The position numbers and the translations under genes were made by a program. Shown in pieces: positions 18,869 through 27,376 of a DNA stretch of 49,717 nucleotides. Numbering within the stretch: position 1 is the first letter of the stretch; each line of letters begins with the position of its first letter. Under the pieces are notes generated by a model. That model saw only the letters and a program-made list of their open reading frames with translations, had not been told where the DNA came from and searched no databases. Source of the DNA: Candidatus Rifleibacteriota bacterium (GTDB taxonomy: Bacteria > Vulcanimicrobiota > Xenobia > Xenobiales > Xenobiaceae); contig CAAGRW010000151.1 of assembly GCA_900772775.1 (NCBI GenBank), positions 1-49,717 of the forward strand. Direction: 5' to 3'.

Positions 18869-20410
18869 TTAAGCTTGCTTGCCACTTTTAAGGTGCAAAT
18901 ATTCTAAATAGTCATACATCAGCCGATCGAAATCATAAAGATCTTCACGACTCCAGAAAGTTTCGCTACAGTCATTGGCAGAGAAATAGGCCTCTACCGC
19001 CTGAGCAAAATAATTGACAGGATCGGCGCAAGACATCGGGTCCGGAGCGCAATGGCCTTCTAAACCGGTCTGGCAAGCTTGAGCATTAGCCTTAATAACC
19101 GGCGATTGCAAACTGGCAAAATTGCCTTCACCAAGAGCATGATCCCAAGCCATACCAAAATAATAAAGCGCGGGATGGAATCCGTAAACCGAATTTTCTA
19201 CACCAGATCCGGAAAATAGCTCTGAGGCAATAAGACAGAGACGCTCTTTAGCTATATAGGCTCCATGGCCTATTTCGCGTCCTTGTAAAGAAGAATCGGC
19301 TGCACAGACAGCGGCCTTGAGCTCTTGATGGGGCAGCAACTTCACTTTCAAACCGTCACGCATACAAGCGTCAAGCACACCTTTGCCAAAACGACTAAGC
19401 AACAAACGCAAAGATTCGGCAGCTTCTGGTGCAGCTTGGCACACGATCAATTGGTCGAGCACCTTTTCTAACTCGTGGGGCACTTTAAGAGCTTCAGCTT
19501 CACGCTTACTTTTAGAAGTGCGGCCAGACAATTCCACCACTTCAGGTACAGCTTCATGAAAGATAAAGCCTTCAGAATTGTCTAAAAGGGACGATATAAA
19601 ACTGCTACCATGTTTGGCCTCAGGTTGTGTTTTTTTTGTTTCTGCCTTTGATTGAGATAAATCGACATCTTCGGCAGCTGGAAGAGACGCCTCCTGAGTG
19701 CCAACCGTAACTTTGACAACTCTATCAGGATGTTCCGCTTGCACTTCTGGCTCAGCTGAAGAGGTAGCTTGACTTGCAACAACAGAAGCCTCTTCTTTTG
19801 CTTGCTCCTCTTGAGCTTCTCGAGCCATAGCTTCAGATAAAGCGACTTCACGTTGGCCTTCTAAATCGATAACAGCATCGACACCCAAATTGTCGCGTTC
19901 AGGCGCTTTGGGAGCAGGAGCAGCTCTGTCCTCCAAAGGTTCGACGGGCTTTTCTGCTGCCTCTTCTTCTAACTTTTCCGGCTCTGGCAATTCGCCCAAA
20001 TGAGCATTTTCAGCTGAGCTTTCCACCTTTGAATCGATAAGGCAAGTGCTTTGGCCTTCGTCAAGAAGAGTGTCAGCCGAACGCAAAGCGGCTTTTTTAT
20101 CCTCTTCCTCTATGTCTTCTTCCCACATTTTGCGGAAAAGGGCAGCTCCCCCGCCTCCTCCTCCACCACCAACTAAATCGTCCATACCACCGAGCATATC
20201 TTCGCCCATATCGGACAAATCGGAGCTAAATTCGGCAGTATCATCAATATAATGGCTCTTGCGCACGCCAGCCTTTTCTTTGCGCTCGCGCATCATGTTG
20301 GTACGCAAACCATCACTGGAACGCTGAGTGTTTTCCAACATGCGCTGATTCTGGGAATTCATTATGAAGATTGGATCCATCATGACTTTGTTTAAGTTCG
20401 CTCCATACAA
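18869..20410 (-). CDS. Hypothetical protein with an acidic disordered N-terminal half (contains a G8 run) and a Cys/aromatic-rich globular C-terminal domain
   Basis: TTG start at 20410 with a GAAGGA SD 5 nt upstream; 513 aa. About 280 aa are E/A/D/K-rich low complexity, including LVGGGGGGGGAAL. The C-terminal ~200 aa ends with NYFAQAVEAYFSAN. Confidence 0.6.
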   Translation of the reverse strand: MYGANLNKVMMDPIFIMNSQNQRMLENTQRSSDGLRTNMMRERKEKAGVRKSHYIDDTAEFSSDLSDMGEDMLGGMDDLVGGGGGGGGAALFRKMWEEDIEEEDKKAALRSADTLLDEGQSTCLIDSKVESSAENAHLGELPEPEKLEEEAAEKPVEPLEDRAAPAPKAPERDNLGVDAVIDLEGQREVALSEAMAREAQEEQAKEEASVVASQATSSAEPEVQAEHPDRVVKVTVGTQEASLPAAEDVDLSQSKAETKKTQPEAKHGSSFISSLLDNSEGFIFHEAVPEVVELSGRTSKSKREAEALKVPHELEKVLDQLIVCQAAPEAAESLRLLLSRFGKGVLDACMRDGLKVKLLPHQELKAAVCAADSSLQGREIGHGAYIAKERLCLIASELFSGSGVENSVYGFHPALYYFGMAWDHALGEGNFASLQSPVIKANAQACQTGLEGHCAPDPMSCADPVNYFAQAVEAYFSANDCSETFWSREDLYDFDRLMYDYLEYLHLKSGKQA

Positions 20411-20458
20411 GCAATTCCTTCAGCGCTTATTTTTCGCTTAACTAAAACCCCCCAAAAG

Positions 20459-20523
20459 ACAAAATAAAACCACAGCAGACAGAGCGCTAAAATAAAAAGA
20501 AAAAGTTTTCTGCCGAGCTGTGG
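20459..20523 (-). terminator. Probable terminator after trpB
   Basis: On the minus strand, CCACAGC...GCTGTGG is followed by TTTTATTTTG. The loop is large with internal pairing (CAGA/TCTG). Confidence 0.45.
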
Positions 20524-20553
20524 CTTAAATTTAAAGCAAAAAATATGGACAGA

Positions 20554-21792
20554 CTAAGGCTTAATCAGATAATCTTCGCCATAGCCGTAATGCTCGATAA
20601 TGTAATCCATATCTTTGTCGCCGCGACCGGAAAGATTGACCAAAATAGAGCCGTGAGCCTGATTACGGGCCAACTTCATAGCATAAGCCAACGCATGAGA
20701 GCTCTCCAAAGCGGGAATAATACCTTCGTATCTGGAGAGATTGTAGAAGGCCTCTAAAGCTTCTTTATCAGTTACTTTGTCGTAACATACACGGCCTAAG
20801 CTATGCAAGAAAGCGTGCTCGGGGCCTACAGAAGGATAATCTAAGCCAGAAGCTACAGAGTAGACAGGAGCCGGCTCGCCGTCTTTATCTTTAAGCATTA
20901 AGCTATTGAAACCGTGCATGACACCAGGGGTACCATAAGTGATACTGGCAGCGTGATCGCCCATCTTTTCACCGCGACCTAAAGGCTCGACACCGTAAAT
21001 TTTAACGGGATCGTTGAGGAAAGCCGTAAATAAGCCCAGAGAATTGCTGCCGCCGCCTACGCAAGCGACTACGGCATCGGGCAAGAAGCCCATCATATCT
21101 ATAAATTGCTCGCGAGCTTCTACACCAACTACCATTTGGAAATCGCGCACAATCATAGGGAAAGGATGAGGGCCAACAGCAGAACCGATACAATAGATGG
21201 CGGTCTCGTACTCTTTAAGATAAGCTTCAAAAGCAGCATCTACAGCTTCTTTCAAAGTTTTCAGGCCATGAGTGGCCGGAATAACTCTGGCACCGAGTAA
21301 GCGCATACGCGATACGTTAGGAGCTTGTTTTTTAATGTCGACTTCGCCCATATAGATATCGCACTCTAAGCCAAAATAGGCGGCGGCAGTAGCCAAAGCT
21401 ACACCATGCTGGCCGGCACCAGTTTCGGCAATGAGCTTCTTCTTGCCCATAAACTTGGCCAATAAGCCTTCACCCATACAATGGTTGAGCTTGTGAGCGC
21501 CAGTGTGGTTCAAATCTTCGCGCTTTAAGTAGATCTGAGTATGACCGAGTAAGTTGGAAAGACGCTCGCAATGGTAAACAGGAGTGGGACGTCCTTGGAA
21601 CTCGCGGCGAATACGACGCAATTCGGTAACGAACTTAGAAGAATGGCAAATAGTCTGATAGGCTTCGGTGATCTCTTTGAAAGCCGGGACTAATTGCTCG
21701 GGCAAGTAGGATCCACCAAAGGGACCGAACATACCTTCGGAATCTGGATAGTTCTTCAAATAAGTGGCGAAATCTACACTATTATTGTTCAT
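20554..21792 (-). CDS. trpB: Tryptophan synthase beta chain (TrpB1-type PLP enzyme)
   Basis: Motifs [29 protein letters not shown] (PLP lysine) and [10 protein letters not shown] are present. 412 aa. No trpA or other trp gene occurs anywhere in the window. Confidence 0.9.
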   Translation of the reverse strand: MNNNSVDFATYLKNYPDSEGMFGPFGGSYLPEQLVPAFKEITEAYQTICHSSKFVTELRRIRREFQGRPTPVYHCERLSNLLGHTQIYLKREDLNHTGAHKLNHCMGEGLLAKFMGKKKLIAETGAGQHGVALATAAAYFGLECDIYMGEVDIKKQAPNVSRMRLLGARVIPATHGLKTLKEAVDAAFEAYLKEYETAIYCIGSAVGPHPFPMIVRDFQMVVGVEAREQFIDMMGFLPDAVVACVGGGSNSLGLFTAFLNDPVKIYGVEPLGRGEKMGDHAASITYGTPGVMHGFNSLMLKDKDGEPAPVYSVASGLDYPSVGPEHAFLHSLGRVCYDKVTDKEALEAFYNLSRYEGIIPALESSHALAYAMKLARNQAHGSILVNLSGRGDKDMDYIIEHYGYGEDYLIKP

Positions 21793-22036
21793 CTAAAAAA
21801 TATAGCTCCTAGCTAACCGACTCTTAAAAACGAGCCGATGAAACTAAAAATAAAGAAAAATTGCCAATAAGCTAATCTAGTTTAGCACTTGAAATTAGAC
21901 CAATCAAACAAAATATACTCGTAAAAAGCTAGTATTTCACTTTTTTTAGCCAAACTTAAGCAACTTTTAGCTTTTTTCTGTTGTTTCTCCATAGTTGAAA
22001 GCTCAATTCCGCACAAACAGTATTTGCCAACTTAAA

Positions 22037-25000
22037 CTAATAGCAGCAACCTTCACCTAAAAGTCTACTGAGTTCAAAACGCAACTCGCTGCTATCATCT
22101 ACGCAGTAATCTCGGTGCAAACGTATCACAGTAGTATCTTCGGGACCGCGTACGTGTACAAATACAGGACGATCGCCTTTATGGCGCAGCAAAATTTCTT
22201 TAAAATCGGCTACCAAACGACGAGCGGAACCGGGCAAAGCCACATTAAGACCTTTTAAGCTTTTTACTACAGAATCATCGAAGTCGTTTTGTACTTTATT
22301 GCCAGAAGCCATAATAAAATTGACATCACTTACTTCTATGGCATTAATGCGATATTTTTCTTCCTCTGGCTCTGCCTCTTCGACAGCTAAAGTTTCACCT
22401 TCGTCATCATCTTTTTCGTCATCGTCCGTTTCGTCAAAAACGACCGGAGGAGCAGGATTAAAGCCGTGATCCACTTCTACAGTACCGCGTACAATAATAA
22501 CTTGACCCTCGCCACACTTTTCGATATTGGCTTCAAAATCACGCGGCTTAAGAGAAAATTCTACTGTGCCTGTAAAATCTTGCATAGTAATAAAAGCCAT
22601 TTTATCTTTGCGCTTGGTAATAACTATGCGACAAGCAGTCACTAACCCGCCCACTTTTACATTGCGACCGACCATAGAGCCAAGCTGATCGATTGTGCAA
22701 GTAGTATTTTCTTTCAGTACTTCTACATAATCTTCTAAAGGAGATCCGGAAAGATAAACACCCAACATATCTTTCTCAAAATCTAGCAATTCACGGCGAG
22801 CAAATTCGTCCTCGTTAGTATGAATTATGCAACGGATATCGTCTTGGCCGCCTCCTCCAGGTTCATCGCCGAAAAGGCCCACTTGAGCATTGGCCGCTTC
22901 GCGTTGGCACATTTTCATATATTCAGAGATATGCTCTAAATTGCTGAGCAAAGTGGCTCGATTGACTCCAAAAAGATCGAAGGCACCAGACTTGATAAGC
23001 CCTTCCCACACTTTTTTATTGATATAGCGGGGATCGAGACGAGAGCAAAAATCGATTAAGCTTTTGTAAGGGCCATGCTCTTCTCTTTCTTTAACGATTA
23101 AATTTACAGCATTGAGACCTACACCACGCAAAGCGGCCATCCCCCAGCGCACAGCTCCTTTGGAAACAGAGAAACCAGCCAATGATTCATTGACGTCCGG
23201 CCCCAATACTTCCAAACCAGAATCACGACACTCATGAATGAAAAAAGACACTTTCTTAATATCATTCATGACGCTGGTCATTAAGGCAGCCATATACTCG
23301 GGGCGATAGTAAGTTTTAAGCCAAGCTGTTTGGAAAGTGACCATAGCGTAAGCGGCTGAGTGCGACTTGTTAAAGCCATATTCAGCGAATTTGGCCATGG
23401 TATCGAAAATATTTTCGGCACATTGTTCGTCTACGCCACGCTCCTTGGCTCCTTCCACAAAGTAGATGTGGTGCTCGGCCATAACATCTTTTTTCTTCTT
23501 ACCCATAGCTTTACGCAACTTGTCAGCTTTAGCCATGGTATATCCGGCCAAAGTTGTCGCTGTAAGCATCACTTGCTCTTGATATAAGAAGAAGCCGTAA
23601 GTGTCAGCCAAAATAGGTTCGAGCTTGGGGTGGGGATAAACGACTCCGCCACCGCGTCCGTGACGTCTGGCAATAAAATCATCGACCACACCACCTTTAA
23701 TGGGGCCGGGACGATAAAGAGCCAAGAAAGCTACAATATCAGTAAAGCGATCTGGTTTTAATTGCTTTAAGTAGCGTTTCATGCCATCAGATTCAAGCTG
23801 AAAAACACCATTAGTATCAGCAGCCGAAAGCAAAGCGTATACTTTTTGGTCTTCATAGTCTACATCGTGGTTGATGTCTACTTTTATACCGCGAGAGTAT
23901 TCGATAATTTTTAAACAATTGTTGATAACAGTAAGGTTGCGCAATCCCAAGAAGTCCATTTTTACCATGCCGACTTCTGCAGAGTCGTTCATATCATATT
24001 GCACAACAACATCATCGCCGTTTTTTTGCAAAGGCACCAATTGGCCCAGAGGACGGCTAGAAATAATAACGCCGGCCGCATGCATACCGGTATTGCGAGC
24101 CATACCTTCGCAACGTATGGCATCATCGACAAGGCGTCGGTTAACTTCACTGCTCTCATAAAGTTTTTCAAAATCGGGATTTTTGAAAGCATCTTTAATA
24201 GTTATCTTCATTTCGTCAGGCACAGCTTTGCAAAGCTTGCCCACATCGGCCAAAGGTACATCCATAACGCGTCCCACGTCGCGAATGGCATTTTTGGCTT
24301 TCATACGTCCGTAAGTAGCAATTTGAGAGACGCGATCTTCGCCGTAGCGTTCGCGACAATATTGGATTACTTCACCACGCCGATCTACACAAAAGTCGGT
24401 GTCAATATCGGGAAGTTCGGTTCGTTCAGGATTTAAGAAACGCTCGAAAAGTAAGTCATATTTAAGAGGATCTAATTGAGTAATGCCTATTAAATAAGCC
24501 ACCAAAGAACCAGCAGCCGAGCCGCGTCCAGGGCCTACAGGAATGCCATGTTCGCGTGACCAGTTAATAAAGTCCCACACCAACAAGAAATAGTCGGGGA
24601 AGCCCTTGCCTATAATAACGTCCAATTCAGTCTTCAAACGATCTAAATATTTTTGTTCAGGAGTAAGCGTACCAAAACGCTCTAACAATCCCTTACGGCA
24701 GAGTTCTTTAAGATAATCGGTACTGTTGGTACCTTCAGGCACAGGGAATTTAGGTAAATAGGTAGTGCTGAAGTCCATCTCAAAATTGCAACGCTCGGCC
24801 ACCAATAGAGTATTGTCGACAGCCTCAGGACAAAAAGAGAAAGCTTCCAACATCTCTTCACGCGTTTTTAAATAGCACTCAGGGCAAGAATGGAGGCGCC
24901 TAGCATCATCCAACAATTTTCCCGAGCCAACGCAAATTAAAATATCTTGTACATCGGTATCTTCTTTATTCAAAAAGTGAGCGTCGTTAGTAGCTACTAC

Positions 25001-25597
25001 TTTTAAGCCATGTTCTTTGGCCAGCTTAATAAGTAAAGGATTGGTCTTTTGTTGCTCTTCTATGCCATGGTTCATAAGCTCCACAAAAAGATCATCCGGG
25101 CCGAAACACTTTTTCAAAAAAGCCAAACGTTGGCTGGCCAATTCATAATCATCATTTAAAAGTGCATCATTTACTTCGCCGCGCAAACAACCAGTTAGAG
25201 CAACTAATCCTTTGGAGTGTTTTTCCAAAAGCTCATGATCGGCCCTAGGCTTATAATAAAAACCATGCAAATAAGCTTCGGAAACGATCTGGCATAAATT
25301 GGAATAACCTTCACGATCTTTAGCAATAAGAGTTAAGTGGAAATAATGTTTGTCCAAATCGCCTTCACGATCGAAGCGAGTGCGCGGCGCCACATAAATT
25401 TCACAACCAATTAAGGGCTTAATACCGGCATCTTTGCAAGCATGATAAAATTTTACGCAACCGCCCATTACACCATGATCGGTAATAGCCAAAGCCGGCA
25501 TGCCACAATCTTTGGCTTTTTTCACAATATCTTTAATACGATTGGCACCGTCAAGCAAACTGTACTCTGTATGGACGTGCAAATGGACAAAAGACAT
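22037..25597 (-). CDS. dnaE: DNA polymerase III subunit alpha
   Basis: The PHP N-terminus MSFVHLHVHTEYSLLDG, the motif GPGRGSAAGSLVAYLIGIT, PDIDTDF, and YRPGP are present. 1186 aa with an AAGGAG SD. Confidence 0.96.
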   Translation of the reverse strand: MSFVHLHVHTEYSLLDGANRIKDIVKKAKDCGMPALAITDHGVMGGCVKFYHACKDAGIKPLIGCEIYVAPRTRFDREGDLDKHYFHLTLIAKDREGYSNLCQIVSEAYLHGFYYKPRADHELLEKHSKGLVALTGCLRGEVNDALLNDDYELASQRLAFLKKCFGPDDLFVELMNHGIEEQQKTNPLLIKLAKEHGLKVVATNDAHFLNKEDTDVQDILICVGSGKLLDDARRLHSCPECYLKTREEMLEAFSFCPEAVDNTLLVAERCNFEMDFSTTYLPKFPVPEGTNSTDYLKELCRKGLLERFGTLTPEQKYLDRLKTELDVIIGKGFPDYFLLVWDFINWSREHGIPVGPGRGSAAGSLVAYLIGITQLDPLKYDLLFERFLNPERTELPDIDTDFCVDRRGEVIQYCRERYGEDRVSQIATYGRMKAKNAIRDVGRVMDVPLADVGKLCKAVPDEMKITIKDAFKNPDFEKLYESSEVNRRLVDDAIRCEGMARNTGMHAAGVIISSRPLGQLVPLQKNGDDVVVQYDMNDSAEVGMVKMDFLGLRNLTVINNCLKIIEYSRGIKVDINHDVDYEDQKVYALLSAADTNGVFQLESDGMKRYLKQLKPDRFTDIVAFLALYRPGPIKGGVVDDFIARRHGRGGGVVYPHPKLEPILADTYGFFLYQEQVMLTATTLAGYTMAKADKLRKAMGKKKKDVMAEHHIYFVEGAKERGVDEQCAENIFDTMAKFAEYGFNKSHSAAYAMVTFQTAWLKTYYRPEYMAALMTSVMNDIKKVSFFIHECRDSGLEVLGPDVNESLAGFSVSKGAVRWGMAALRGVGLNAVNLIVKEREEHGPYKSLIDFCSRLDPRYINKKVWEGLIKSGAFDLFGVNRATLLSNLEHISEYMKMCQREAANAQVGLFGDEPGGGGQDDIRCIIHTNEDEFARRELLDFEKDMLGVYLSGSPLEDYVEVLKENTTCTIDQLGSMVGRNVKVGGLVTACRIVITKRKDKMAFITMQDFTGTVEFSLKPRDFEANIEKCGEGQVIIVRGTVEVDHGFNPAPPVVFDETDDDEKDDDEGETLAVEEAEPEEEKYRINAIEVSDVNFIMASGNKVQNDFDDSVVKSLKGLNVALPGSARRLVADFKEILLRHKGDRPVFVHVRGPEDTTVIRLHRDYCVDDSSELRFELSRLLGEGCCY

Positions 25598-25634
25598 AAA
25601 AAGCTCCTTGCTTACAAAAGGTTGAGGTGAATTA

Positions 25635-26129
25635 TTAAGAATCGGAATGTGGAACGCCGACTTTTATAAGTGGACGTAAAGCAACTGCATAGCGATTATT
25701 TATATATGTTTGTAAAGAGTTAAGTTCAAGCACAGAGGGCACGATTATTGTAACGAGCGAAATTTGCTCAGCTGCAGCTTCATCAAATTCCAATTTGCCA
25801 ATCAGGGGATCGACTTGAGTTATTTCCAATAAATAAGCCGTAAAAATGCTATCTAAAGCGCTATGTATGGCAGTAATTTTTATATGCTGACCTCGCGCCC
25901 AGTAGAAGCAATCCCAAACTACAAGCAATCGATTGAGCGCCTCTTCATGAGAAGCCCAAAATTGCATTTCTTGAGCTAGTCTAGTTGCATATTCTTTATC
26001 TAATTTAGCTTTGGTAAAGCGCTCAATAATACCGCCACGACAAAGTTTATCTAAAAATTTTAAGTTGGACTTGCCATCCGGAGCTTCAAATTTTTCGCCT
26101 ATAGGCCTCGATTGGCTTTGCTCTGCCAC
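25635..26129 (-). CDS. DnaE-fragment-like protein: a degenerate paralog of DnaE residues ~294-386
   Basis: GTG start at 26129 with a GGGAGGA SD 10 nt upstream; 164 aa. The segment FLDKLCRGGIIERF...LLVVWDCFYWARGQHIKITAIHSALDSIFTAYLLEITQVDPL aligns with DnaE YLKELCRKGLLERF...FLLVWDFINWSREHGIPVGPGRGSAAGSLVAYLIGITQLDPL. The GPGRGS motif is lost. Confidence 0.7.
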   Translation of the reverse strand: MAEQSQSRPIGEKFEAPDGKSNLKFLDKLCRGGIIERFTKAKLDKEYATRLAQEMQFWASHEEALNRLLVVWDCFYWARGQHIKITAIHSALDSIFTAYLLEITQVDPLIGKLEFDEAAAEQISLVTIIVPSVLELNSLQTYINNRYAVALRPLIKVGVPHSDS

Positions 26130-26168
26130 AGTTACTCTATCCTCCCTATTATTTTTTTAACTAAGCGT

Positions 26169-27284
26169 TTAACAAATAATCAAATTGTCACAATGGATAA
26201 CATCAGCGTAAGCAGCGTGACCTAAAATTGTCGAAATTTCGGAATTGGGACGGCGCACGATCTTTTCTACTTCGGCGCGACTATAGTTGCACAAACCGCG
26301 AGCAAAAGGCACACCTTCTCTGCCATCTACTGTAATTGTTACCAAATCGCCAGCTTTGAAATCTCCTTCACAGGCTACACATCCTACAGCTAATAGACTA
26401 TTGCCACCTTCAGCCAAAGCTTGGGCGGCTCCGCTATCAATAACAATGCTTCCCTCGGCTCTGGCAGCTTCAGCCAACCAACGCTGTCTGCTATTCAATC
26501 TGCTTTCCGCACCTTCAAAGAGCGTTCCCAAAACTTCGCCCTCGGCCAAACGCAAAAGTACATTTTCTTCCTGGGCTGAAGCAATAACCATAGAGCCGCC
26601 ATAGCGCATGACCATTTTGGCCGCTCGCAATTTAGAAGCCAAGCCACCAGTACCGCCTTTAGTGGTCGTTCCACGATCCAGACTTTCAATTTCGGAATTT
26701 ATTTCTGTAATTAGCTCAACAACATGTTCGTCTTTACCTTCTCCAGCCAGTATGCCGGGCACGGAAGTTAAATTGACAACCACATCGGAATTGACTATAG
26801 AACCTACCATAGCGGCCAAACTGTCGTTGTCGCCAAAGCGAATTTCTCCAGTAGAAACGGAATCATTTTCGTTAATAATGGGTAAAATGCCATAATCCAA
26901 AAGAGCATTTAAAGTGTTGCGAGCATTCAGATAGCGATCACGAGCAGAAATATCGTCACGCGTGAGTAGAACTTGGCCAACTTTTATACCCAGCATAGCG
27001 AATAAATTTTTATAGCTATCCATAATTTCTACTTGCCCCATAGCTGCTAAAGCTTGCTTTAAGGGCAAATTATCGCCACAACCCTCGACTTGCAACAATT
27101 CGCGCCCCATACCTATAGCGCCGGAACTTACTAAACATACTTTACGTCCTTGTTCGCGCAACGCTTGAATCTGACGCGCTAAGCTGAGCATAATTCTACC
27201 ATTTAAACGGCCATGACCGTCCACACAAACCCTTGTGCCTACTTTTACAATCCAAATGGTGGCTTTTTTCAGGGTTTCACGCAT
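26169..27284 (-). CDS. proB: Glutamate 5-kinase with a C-terminal PUA domain
   Basis: Amino-acid-kinase motifs are present (VKVGT, LVSSGAIGMG, INENDSV, FGDNDSLAA). The C-terminal segment GSIVIDSGAAQAL...GDLV is PUA-like. 371 aa. Confidence 0.9.
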   Translation of the reverse strand: MRETLKKATIWIVKVGTRVCVDGHGRLNGRIMLSLARQIQALREQGRKVCLVSSGAIGMGRELLQVEGCGDNLPLKQALAAMGQVEIMDSYKNLFAMLGIKVGQVLLTRDDISARDRYLNARNTLNALLDYGILPIINENDSVSTGEIRFGDNDSLAAMVGSIVNSDVVVNLTSVPGILAGEGKDEHVVELITEINSEIESLDRGTTTKGGTGGLASKLRAAKMVMRYGGSMVIASAQEENVLLRLAEGEVLGTLFEGAESRLNSRQRWLAEAARAEGSIVIDSGAAQALAEGGNSLLAVGCVACEGDFKAGDLVTITVDGREGVPFARGLCNYSRAEVEKIVRRPNSEISTILGHAAYADVIHCDNLIIC

Positions 27285-27376
27285 AATCTATACCTCAAAC
27301 ACAAATTAAAAGGGCCCTCTTTACTATGCGCAAAGCCAGCCCCTTTGGTTATCCTCTTTTCCCCTATTTTTAAGCT

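Noticed and set aside
21793-22036. The trpB upstream region, examined for a T-box, a Trp-rich leader peptide or a TRAP (GAG/UAG repeat) site.
   Set aside because: I could find no T-box core, no tandem Trp codons in a short leader ORF, and no phased GAG/UAG repeats by eye.
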